A stretch of 63,142 bases of DNA, filler included, from Octopus bimaculoides (Eukaryota): the NCBI RefSeq assembly GCF_001194135.2. It is 7 parts of 6 records of this genome, joined end to end, with 100 filler letters (N's around TTAATTAATTAA, not from the genome) between each part and the next. Parts side by side here need not be neighbours in the genome. Positions count along the whole stretch, not along the records: positions 52,206 to 59,638 come from NC_069009.1; positions 59,739 to 63,142 come from NC_068986.1; 5 more parts are not named here. One strand, written 5' to 3'. The notes under the pieces are model-generated. The model was not told the DNA's origin. It saw only the letters and a program-made list of their open reading frames with translations, and ran no database searches. Below are positions 52,239 through 63,142 of this stretch, piece after piece (the first letter of the stretch is position 1; every line of letters begins with the position of its first letter). Position numbers and translations under genes: made by a program.

Positions 52239-53676
52239 GTGTGTATATGTGTCTGTATATATGTATGTGTTGGTATATGTGTATATGTGTGCATACATAT
52301 ATGTATTTATATGTGTGTGTATGGATATATATATATAAATATATGGCGAGCTGGCAGAATCATAGTGAATATCAACATGCTGTGTCGTGTCTATGTATAT
52401 ATGTATATGTATTTGTGTGTGTGTGTATATACGTCAGTGTGTGAATGTATACATATGCATGCGTATGTATGCATGCATATATAATGTGTGTGTGTGTGTG
52501 CATGCTTCTACTACAAGAAACAAGTACGTCTTCAGAGAAATATATATATATATTTTTTTTTGTTTCTCGTTGGTTCAGTGATCATGTGCAGTCTTCCTGG
52601 TATGCATGAGTGGATAAGTGTTAACTTTATAGACAAATTGAATGAATATATTGACTGGAGAGACAAGGCGTGAATGTCCCATAGTCATTCTTTGTGTGTT
52701 GGGCGTCGATAGACAGTTGCTGTGTGTAGATATTGAATAACAAGTCACTCTGTGGACATTTTCACTGCATACATAGACACGACACAGCATGTTGATAGTC
52801 ACTATATNNNNNNNNNNNNNNNNNNNNNNNNNNNNNNNNNNNNNNNNNNNNNNNNNNNNNNNNNNNNNNNNNNNNNNNNNNNNNNNNNNNNNNNNNNNNN
52901 NNNNNNNNNNNNNNNNNNNNNNNNNNNNNNNNNNNNNNNNNNNNNNNNNNNNNNNNNNNNNNNNNNNNNNNNNNNNNNNNNNNNNNNNNNNNNNNNNNNN
53001 NNNNNNNNNNNNNNNNNNNNNNNNNNNNNNNNNNNNNNNNNNNNNNNNNNNNNNNNNNNNNNNNNNNNNNNNNNNNNNNNNNNNNNNNNNNNNNNNNNNN
53101 NNNNNNNNNNNNNNNNNNNNNNNNNNNNNNNNNNNNNNNNNNNNNNNNNNNNNNNNNNNNNNNNNNNNNNNNNNNNNNNNNNNNNNNNNNNNNNNNNNNN
53201 NNNNNNNNNNNNNNNNNNNNNNNNNNNNNNNNNNNNNNNNNNNNNNNNNNNNNNNNNNNNNNNNNNNNNNNNNNNNNNNNNNNNNNNNNNNNNNNNNNNN
53301 NNNNNNNNNNNNNNNNNNNNNNNNNNNNNNNNNNNNNNNNNNNNNNNNNNNNNNNNNNNNNNNNNNNNNNNNNNNNNNNNNNNNNNNNNNNNNNNNNNNN
53401 NNNNNNNNNNNNNNNNNNNNNNNNNNNNNNNNNNNNNNNNNNNNNNNNNNNNNNNNNNNNNNNNNNNNNNNNNNNNNNNNNNNNNNNNNNNNNNNNNNNN
53501 NNNNNNNNNNNNNNNNNNNNNNNNNNNNNNNNNNNNNNNNNNNNNNNNNNNNNNNNNNNNNNNNNNNNNNNNNNNNNNNNNNNNNNNNNNNNNNNNNNNN
53601 NNNNNNNNNNNNNNNNNNNNNNNNNNNNNNNNNNNNNNNNNNNNNNNNNNNNNNNNNNNNNNNNNNNNNNNNNNNN

Positions 53677-53708
<32 letters not shown>

Positions 53709-54220
53709 GCATATATACGACGGGCTTCTTTCAGTTTCCGTCTACCAAATCCACTCACAAGGCTCTGGTCGGCCCGAGGCTATAGTAGAAGACACTTGCC
53801 CAAGGTGTCACACAGTGGGACTGAACCCGGAACCGTGTAGTTGGTTAGCAAGCTACTTACCACACAGCCACTCCTACGCCTATATATAAGGGAATAATTT
53901 TATTCTCAAACGCATGAATAGGATAAACTTCCACTCAAACTCACATGCCTGTTATTACACGTCAGTGTCTTATAAAGCTAGATTTATATCTCCTAAATTT
54001 GCCGTTGGGGTAGTTTAGCTTAATGGTAAAGTACTTCATGCGTAATCACGGGGTTGTGAGTTTGAGTCTCATGGCTGGCTGCCAACTGATTTTTATGCAA
54101 AATAGGGGTAGTTTATCCTGGTCACGCTATATTATTAGCATTATCCTTCGCTTGGGATTAAAATTATTTCCTTATTATTATGGCCCAAGTACAATTTGAA
54201 TCAAATATATTCAACGTAGA

Positions 54221-54272
<52 letters not shown>

Positions 54273-54276
54273 CACA

Positions 54277-54321
<45 letters not shown>

Positions 54322-54478
54322 GTGTTTTTCTCCTTATTCTCTCTGTTGAAGAGCGTAGCTCGAAACGTTAAAGTACTTTCTGTATCCCCGAGCGTTAAAC
54401 TAATACATACTTTTGTTGTTTACACTACCTGTCCTCGTCTGTTGTTGTTTTTTTCGTAAATTCTCCCANNNNNNNNNN

Positions 54479-54530
<52 letters not shown>

Positions 54531-54908
54531 GTGATGGGCTTGTACACAGTTTCTATCATTTTGTACCTTGTTTATCATTTTGTCCATGTTCTTTTGCCAT
54601 GTCATGTACCCAGTTTTGTATCTATATGTACATGTACATATATATGCATATAGTAGACTTACTTGTAAAATAGGACGTGTGCGTTCAATAATGTAATAAT
54701 ACAAAGAATATATATACATGTATACACACATATATGTACATACTTACATCTACATGTGTATATACATGCATATCAGGGTACAGGACGTTAGAACAATAAA
54801 CTACAGACAACGGAACGAACACATAGGAAAACGGAAAGCCCCTTGGAATATCCCTTCATCAGCTGTCTCTATTCTATCTAGACGTTTCGAAGACCAGCTC
54901 ATATATTG

Positions 54909-54954
<46 letters not shown>

Positions 54955-55623
54955 CGTGATAGGCTTGTACACAGTTTCTATCTACCAAATCTACTCACAA
55001 GGCCTTGGTCCACCCAGGTCTATACCAGAAAGCTCTTAACCAAGGTGCTGTGCAGTGGAACTGAACCCAGAAGCATGTGATTGCTAAGCAAGTTGTTTAA
55101 AACACATTTTTCACAAAAATAAAAAATAAAAATGAAGTAAGAAAGAAAACAAAAAACAAAAACAAAGTAAACAAAAACCTTCATCGAAATTAGAATACGA
55201 GTAGGATGTTGTGATAACAGTGATGAGAAACATGAGCTGGTGATGGGCCAAAGTCTGAGATACGTTTCATTGTGTGTGTCTTTTGCCTTCTGTGGTGAAT
55301 ACCATTTAGAAATTTAACATAGGGGGCGCTAGTGCATGCAAATATCTAAAAAGAATCAACATGCAAAAAGCTGGATGCTATAAGAAAAATATTGGATAAT
55401 ATATGCGCAAACTTAATTTTTGTTTGAAACACAATACTCCGTTTTTGTTATTATTATTGTTGTTGTTATTATTATTATTATTATTGTATAAGGTAGCTAG
55501 CTGGCAGAGTCGTTAGAATGCCAGGTGAATCGCTTAGCAGTGCTTTGTCTGTCGCTGCGTTCTGAGTTCAGGTTTTGCCGAGGTCAACTTTGCCTTTCGT
55601 CTTTTCGGGGGTCAATATATTAA

Positions 55624-56067
55624 CCCTTTAGTGTTTAACCCTTTAGTGTTCACATTATTCTGCCAAAATTAATGCTTTTTTATTCATTGTTTTGAACTAA
55701 TCCTGCATTATCTTGTAGCTATGAGATTTTGATGAGGTAGCTGTTAATTTTTAAAACGATATTGTAGGGCTGGTGTGAGAGACCAGATCTGGCCAGTTTG
55801 AACATAAAACAGGCAAAATACTTTTGGCCGGATATAGCCTGTTTAAATGCTAAAGGGTTAAACCAGCTGTATCCGACCCAAATATTCTACACATTTTATG
55901 CTTAAACTGGCCAGAACCAGCCTCTCACACCTACCTTGCAATGTCATTCTAAAAATAAGCAATTACATCTTTCCTATCTTGAAGCTACAAAATAATATCA
56001 GATAAATTTTTTTTAAATGTGAATAAATAAGGATTACTTTTGACAAATTAATCTGAACGCTAAAGGG
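55624..56067. mobile_element. piggyBac-type MITE nested in a related MITE of opposite orientation, inserted at a TTAA in a SINE
   Basis: TTAA-CCCTTTAG...CTAAAGGG-TTAA termini occur twice. Inner copy ~55639-55857. The host SINE resumes at ttaaagtaccag (56068). Confidence 0.8.
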
Positions 56068-56569
56068 TTAAAGTACCAGTTGCATATTGGGGTCGATCTA
56101 ATTGACTGGCCGCCTTCGTCAAATTTCGGAGCAGGGGACGAGTTGTTTACATCGACCCCACCCCCAGTGTTTCACTGGTACTTAATTTATCGACCTAGAA
56201 AGGATGAAAGACAAAGCCGACCTCAGTGGGATTTGAACTCAGAACGTTAAAGACAGATGAAATACCACTCAACATTCTACCTGGTGTGCTAATGATTCTG
56301 CTAGCTCACCACCTTAATGATAGTAATAATAATAATAATGATGATAATAATAATCCTTTGTACTATAGGTACAAGGCTTGAAATTTGGGGGGAAGTGGGG
56401 GCCAATCGATTAAACCGACCTCAGTATGTAACTGGTACGTAATTTACCGACCCTGAAAGGATGAAAGGCAAAGTCAACTCCAGCAGAATTTGAACTCGGA
56501 ACATTAGGACAGACGAAATGCTGATAAGCTTTTTACCGAACATGCTAACGATTCTGCCAACTCACTACC

Positions 56570-56613
<44 letters not shown>

Positions 56614-57491
56614 TAATTCTGCTTTTATTGGCCACAAGGGCTAATATAAATCAAAAACAGGACAAAGGGTTTTGTCCGAAAAGTAGAAAAACGTTCGTGT
56701 AAACAAAGGAAAAACGGAAAAAGATATAACAAATGAAACTCCCAATAGGGGGGGGGGCGCTTCGGAAGGTTACACGTGGAANNNNNNNNNNNNNNNNNNN
56801 NNNNNNNNNNNNNNNNNNNNNNNNNNNNNNNNNNNNNNNNNNNNNNNNNNNNNNNNNNNNNNNNNNNNNNNNNNNNNNNNNNNNNNNNNNNNNNNNNNNN
56901 NNNNNNNNNNNNNNNNNNNNNNNNNNNNNNNNNNNNNNNNNNNNNNNNNNNNNNNNNNNNNNNNNNNNNNNNNNNNNNNNNNNNNNNNNNNNNNNNNNNN
57001 NNNNNNNNNNNNNNNNNNNNNNNNNNNNNNNNNNNNNNNNNNNNNNNNNNNNNNNNNNNNNNNNNNNNNNNNNNNNNNNNNNNNNNNNNNNNNNNNNNNN
57101 NNNNNNNNNNNNNNNNNNNNNNNNNNNNNNNNNNNNNNNNNNNNNNNNNNNNNNNNNNNNNNNNNNNNNNNNNNNNNNNNNNNNNNNNNNNNNNNNNNNN
57201 NNNNNNNNNNNNNNNNNNNNNNNNNNNNNNNNNNNNNNNNNNNNNNNNNNNNNNNNNNNNNNNNNNNNNNNNNNNNNNNNNNNNNNNNNNNNNNNNNNNN
57301 NNNNNNNNNNNNNNNNNNNNNNNNNNNNNNNNNNNNNNNNNNNNNNNNNNNNNNNNNNNNNNNNNNNNNNNNNNNNNNNNNNNNNNNNNNNNNNNNNNNN
57401 NNNNNNNNNNNNACACGACACGTCGTTGGGAATTGAACTCATGACCTTACGATCGTGAGCCGATTGCCCTAACCACTAAGCCACACGCCTT

Positions 57492-57548
<57 letters not shown>

Positions 57549-58237
57549 GTATCTTTGTCCCCTACCAATGCTTAACAATTTGGTAAGGTTTTGTTTACAT
57601 CTCATAACTTAGCGGTTTGGCAAAAAAAAAAAAAAGACTCAAACACAGAGAAAATCCTACTAGGGTTGATTTGTTTGAGTAAAACCTTTCAGGGTGATGC
57701 TCCAGCATAGCCACAGTATATTGACTGAAACAAAAAGATAAAAAGATACACACATACAGAGGCAGATATGTAGTGTATAGATGTTGACTATATATATATA
57801 TATATATTTATATACATACATACATACACACGCATACAAATGCATATGAAGCATATTCATTGTCACATTTTGAAAAATAGTTTGAATTATTTCGGTAAGA
57901 TAAGATCTTGATGACAGTATATATTTTAGTGTGTTGTGTGAAGTGTGTATTTTCACCACATTCTACTTTCGGGTGAATGTTGACATATATGTATACTTTA
58001 ATACCGAAGTGGGGAACCATTTCACATCAGAGGGCTGCATTAAACTAGTTTAGTTTTAATCTAACAAGGCTGCATTCAAGCTACTTCAATTTGATAGTCT
58101 TTGAAATCTACATTATTTTGTGAAGACCTGACTACTCAAGAAGACCCACCCACCACAACAGAATTGAAACCAGCCAATGCTGGTGACACAGAAGCACTGG
58201 TGTCACATAAAAAGCACTACTGCTAGTGCCACGTTAA

Positions 58238-58456
58238 CCCTTTAGTGTTCACATTATTCTGCCATAATTAATGCTTTTTTATCCATTATTTTGAACTAAT
58301 CATGCATTATCTCGTAGCTATGAGATTTTGATGAGGTAGCTGTTAATTTTTAAAACGATATTGTAGGGTTGGTATGAGAGACCAGATCTGTCCAGTTTGA
58401 ACATAGAATAGGCAGAATACTTTTAGCCGGATATGGCCGGTTTAAATGCTAAAGGG
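58238..58456 (+). mobile_element. piggyBac-type MITE, same family as the inner copy at 55639-55857
   Basis: TTAA TSDs at 58234-58237 and 58457-58460, CCCTTTAG/CTAAAGGG TIRs, and high similarity to 55639-55857. Confidence 0.85.
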
Positions 58457-58714
58457 TTAAAAGCACTAGTTCTGGTTCCACATTAAAAGCCTTGGTGTTG
58501 GTTTCATGTTAAAAGCACTTGTGTTGGTGTCACCTAAAAAGCACCTAAGTTGGCATTAGAAAGGGCATCCAGCTGTAGAAACCTTGCCAAACAGACAATG
58601 GAGCATGTTGAGGCCCCTGGCCTTATCAACTCTTGTCAAAGCATCCAACTCATGCCAGCATGGAAATCATTATCATCCATCCATCCACCCATCCACCCAT
58701 CCATCCATCCATCC

Positions 58715-58745
<31 letters not shown>

Positions 58746-59119
58746 CATTCATCTATCTATCTATCTATCCATTCATCTATCTATCTATCTATCTATTTAT
58801 CTAGTCCACTCTACTGTGTGGTCGGTGTCAGGAAAGGCACCCAGCCGTAAAAACCCTGTCCAGCCAGCCCCTGGTCAACCCATTCAACCCATGCCAACAT
58901 GGAAAGTTGGATGTTAAATGATACTGAGGATGACGATTGAATAATGATTGATTTGATTGATTGTGTCTGTGCGTGTGCCTACATATATAACATCTGTGTC
59001 TTTCCATTTCAGTCAATGTAACGCAGCCGCCGCAACGTCAATGGATCCCTGTACAGCAGCGCGACTGTTCCAGACCAACAGGTAAGCCAGTCTCTCTTTC
59101 TCTTTAGCATCAGTTCCAC

Positions 59120-59335
59120 CTGTTCTCTGAGGTCCATTGGGCAGCAAGTTGGCGCCACCGATTTGTGTTGGCCATGGTTTTCAGAGCCACCCATCTGATA
59201 TTACCCTTTCTCATGTCAGCGAGGAACATTCTCTTCCCTGTACTTTTCGCTCTACCGCTTTTTCTTTTCCACCCTCTGGTGTTGACCATTTCCGAGCTGT
59301 TTTACAAAGGTGGTGTTCTGCCGGCCATAATATCT
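59120..59335 (-). mobile_element. RTE LINE 3' fragment
   Basis: KKSGRAKSTGKRMFLADMRKGNIRWVALKTMANTNRWRQLAAQWTSEN resembles RTE C-termini. Confidence 0.5.
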
Positions 59336-59585
59336 GACCAGCCAGTTTCAATCTTCTTTCACTGATGACAAGTCACTTGATTTGTTCAGTTAAATTTCTT
59401 GAAGGTGCTGCCCCAGCATGGCCGCAGTCTAGTGACTGAAACAAGAAGCTTGCTTCCCAACCACACGGTTCCGGGTTCAATCCCACTGTGTGGCACCTTG
59501 GGTAAGTGTTTTCTAGTAGCCTCGGGCCGACCAAAGCCTTGTAAGTAGATTTGGTAGAGGAAAACTGAAAGAAGCCCGTCGTATA

Positions 59586-59638
<53 letters not shown>

Positions 59639-60055
59639 NNNNNNNNNNNNNNNNNNNNNNNNNNNNNNNNNNNNNNNNNNNNTTAATTAATTAANNNNNN
59701 NNNNNNNNNNNNNNNNNNNNNNNNNNNNNNNNNNNNNNATATATATATATATATATATATATGTATATTATATGTCATATATAATATATACGTATAAATC
59801 AATTGTTTTCCATCAATATTTCTCCATTTTCTGTTTTCTTTATATATATATATTATTCATACATATATATATATATATATGAATATTTTTTCTTCTGATT
59901 CCAGAAATGAAATTATTTTTTGTGTATCATCAACAATTAAAAAATATGTCGACTTTCTATGTTATTATATATTCGGTATTGTTATAATGTTCCGCTACTA
60001 AATGTATGTCTAATTTTCTCTTTCAGACCAATTACTAAGTTCTGCTACTTTCAGG

Positions 60056-61254
60056 ATGGCTACTAGAGTATGTAAAAATTCTCCAGATAGATTTTGCTAT
60101 GTGTGTGGTTATTATATTGGAAAAAAGCAGGTATTATCGTGAAAGGTGCCAAATTGTGGACAGACCCTATTTCAGAATGCCCATGGGTGACCAGGACAAA
60201 CCATGGGCCCCACATGTGATATGTGGAAGCTGTCGATCTACTCTAGAAGGATGGTTTAGAAGTACAGGAAGGTCAATGCCTTTTGCCATTCCAAGGGTAT
60301 GGAGAGAGACAAAGAACCATCACGATGACTGTTACTTTTGTATGATCGATGTGACAAAGTACAGAAAAGTGAAAGGAAGACAAACTCTTCAGTAGCCAGA
60401 CATACCATCATCTGGAGCACTTGTCCCACATGATGACAGTTTACGAGTACCACTACCACCAGAAAATATTTCATCTGAAGAGTCAACAAGTAGCAGCAGT
60501 CAAGAAATGGAGGAAGCTTTCGTACCAAGAATGACTTCGGAGCTTCACTTTCCAAATCAGAGTGAGCTAGATGATTTAATCAAGGATTTAGGTCTTACTA
60601 AGTCAGGAGCTGAACTTCTATCATCAAGGTTGAAGGAATGGAATCTACTGGGGGAAGACTGCAAGACATCTGTGTACCAGAAACGCCATGAAGAATTTGA
60701 AATTTACTATGAAAATATTAATGATCTGTGTTATTGTAAAGATGTGATTTGTTTGTTTACTGCTATTGGACTAAAGCATGATTCTGCAGAATGGTGACTG
60801 TTCATAGATAGCTCAACACAAAGTCTCAAAGCAGTGTTGCTCCACAATGGAAATAAATATCCTTCTTTGCCTCTTGCACACCCCATACAGAAGAAATAAA
60901 ATTATGATAATGTCAAAGAATTTCTTGACAAAATAAATTACGCTGAGTTCAAGTGGGATATTTGTGGTGATTTCAAAGATGCTTGCCTTCTTGCTTGGCT
61001 TGCAAGGGGATACACAAAGTATTCATGTTTCCTTTGCTTATAGGACAGCAGAGCTGATGATGATCATTACAAGAAAGTACATTGGCCCCCACGAGTGGAA
61101 CTACGGCCAGGAATGTTAAATTTTTCGAACATGAAAAATACAAATAAACAAAACATGTTACATTGTGTAATTTGACTGTTACTTAACATTCCATTGAACT
61201 CCTGGTGTGAAACCGATCAGTAAGATTGGCTGTAATGGATATATAATACTGTGC
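60056..61254 (+). pseudogene. DNA-transposon transposase pseudogene, probably Chapaev3 (CMC) type, internally deleted
   Basis: MATRVCKNSPDRFCYVCG...GDQDKPWAPHVICGSC...WRETKNHHDDCYFC...FPNQSELDDLIKDLGL...W*LFIDSS..SLKAVLLHNGNKYPS...YTKYSCFLCL*DSR. In-frame stops; candidate terminus ...ACTGTG at ~61254. Family name is from recollection of this motif set. Confidence 0.7.
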
Positions 61255-61904
61255 ACTTCAGTTTATATATAATATACTATTTTATTAAAGCCGAAAAAAC
61301 TTCACAGACAGTTATTCAAAGTTCCACATGACCATTCATGAAATTCTGAGCAACAAGTTGTGAAGTCATTTTCAGCTTTAATGAAATAGTATTTTGGTCT
61401 ACCTTTTGGTATACAAATGCTAGTATTTTCAACTTGTTCTGCATTTTTGTGTTTACTTGTACATGTATGTATGTATGAACTCATTATTATCATTATCATC
61501 ATCATTATTTAGTAGCTATTTCCATTTTTGCATGGTTCAGATAGAATCCATTGAGTCAGAATTTCTACAACCAGATGCTATTCTTGTTACCAATCCTCAC
61601 CTGTTTCCAGGTACATACATACACATACACATGTCAATTTACGTCTTCACAAATATGTCACATGGTTGCTCTCATAATTGATAGCTACAGCTCTGGATAT
61701 GCCCACATGTGGAAAGTTGCAAGCTATAACTGTGGGGTAACAGATATTGTTATGAGATAATGCAGTAATTTTCCGTGCTGTGTTGTAGGTGTTTTTTGAG
61801 AGTTAAGGTGTGACAGTGACTCACATAATCCATTTAGTCACAAGGACATCAACAAAGACGTTGTTGTTGTAGTTTATCCCCAAATCAGCCTGTATCTAGG
61901 ATAT

Positions 61905-62248
61905 ACTCTTTACTCTTTTACTCTTTAACTCTTTAACTTGTTTCAGTCATTTGACTGCAGCCATGCTGGAGCACCGCCTTTAGTCGAGCAAATCGACCGC
62001 AGGACTTATTCTTTGTAAGCCTAGTACTTATTCTATCGGTCGTTATATTCTTTTATTCTTTTATATGTTTCAGTCATTTGATGGCAGCCATGCTGGAGCA
62101 CTGCTTTTAGCTGAACAAATTAACCCCAGGACTTATTCTTTGTAAGCCTAGTACTTATACTAACAGTCTCTTTTGATGTGTATTTACAGGGATGTAAATA
62201 CACTAACATTGGTTGTCAAGCAATGGTGGGGGGACAAACACAGACATA

Positions 62249-62284
<36 letters not shown>

Positions 62285-62430
62285 ACGGGCTTCTTTCAGT
62301 TTCTGTCTGCCAAATCCACTCACAAGGCTTTGGTCAGCCCAAGGCTATAGTAGAAAACTCAAGGTGCCATGCAGTGGGACTGAACCCAGAACCATGTGAT
62401 TGGTAAGCAAGCTACTTACCACACAGCCAC
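61905..62430 (-). mobile_element. tRNA-SINE family A with a duplicated 3' end
   Basis: The gtttcagtcatttgactgcagccatgctggagcac...agcctagtactta block occurs at ~61940 and ~62068. Confidence 0.8.
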
Positions 62431-62462
<32 letters not shown>

Positions 62463-62703
62463 AATATAAAAGGAGCAAAAATACTGGAGAATCAGTATAC
62501 AGCATGTGGCAAAATTATGAGTTGAAAATATGTGGAAAATATATATAAAAAGTGAAAGAGAAATGCCTTTGTTTCGCATAACTTAATATCTTTTTATAAA
62601 AATTTTTATATCTATATATACATATTTTATGGATGTCCAACTGGTTTTCGCTATTTAATTTAGCTTTTCAAGGGACATTGTGAAGTAACCATTTCTTATG
62701 ACA

Positions 62704-62782
62704 AAGGAGTCTCACCATTTTGGATACTTGAAAAGTAAGAATCATTCTTACTTTTCAAGTATCCAAAATGGTGAAACTCCTT
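62704..62782. repeat. Near-perfect 79-bp palindrome
   Basis: 39-bp arms with one mismatch and a 1-nt spacer (62743). Confidence 0.92.
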
Positions 62783-63105
62783 AACCACACAGAATGAAAA
62801 GTCCTGTAAGAAATACCATTTAGTATTTTGTCCGACATGCTAATGATTCTGCCAGCTCACTTCCTTGAACTCCCTCAAATTATAAACTATCATCTAAAAA
62901 AAAAGACTCATTAATTTATTATTTATATATATATATTGGTGTTAGGAAGGGCATTGGCATTAGGAAGGGCATCCAGCTGTAGAAACTCTGCCAAATTTAG
63001 ATTGGAGCCTGGTGTTGCCATCCGGTTTCACCAGTCCTCAGTCAAATCGTCCAACCCATGCTAGCATGGAAAGCGGACGTTAAACGATGATGATGATGAT
63101 GATGA

Positions 63106-63142
<37 letters not shown>

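Noticed and set aside
54841-54900. Permuted (type II) hammerhead on the minus strand (GAAACGUC ... CUGAUGA)
   Set aside because: Neither stem I nor stem II can be paired convincingly in that arrangement.

Overview
AT-rich, microsatellite- and SINE-dense animal genomic DNA. The repeat families and simple-repeat load suggest an octopus (coleoid cephalopod); this is inference and the species cannot be proven here. About a quarter of the window is N gaps, and most six-frame ORFs are artefacts of N runs or microsatellites. Six identical 100-bp spacers (44 N + TTAATTAATTAA + 44 N) appear artificial and split the window into seven originally separate pieces. Best-supported gene: five consecutive minus-strand exons of xylulose kinase (XYLB, FGGY family) at 49233-40629, cut off by a spacer. 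A second, unidentified minus-strand gene encoding a Ser/Thr/Lys-rich disordered protein has at least four exons at 39108-33905. The rest is mostly transposon debris: CR1-, RTE- and Penelope-type retroelements, a Gypsy LTR-PBS-gag remnant, Tc1, mariner, piggyBac-type MITEs, a probable Chapaev3-type transposase pseudogene, Helitron-like ends and several tRNA-SINE families. Most notable observations: (1) a tRNA-headed SINE-like element carrying a minimal type I hammerhead-ribozyme fold, present as a head-to-head inverted pair; (2) a frame-preserving candidate cassette exon built from a palindromic 24-bp minisatellite just upstream of the first visible XYLB exon; (3) an RTE tail with three C2H2 fingers; (4) a twin-priming-type 5' inversion in an RTE; (5) nested insertions; (6) a near-perfect 79-bp palindrome. 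I see no clear evidence of a complete new multi-gene system.
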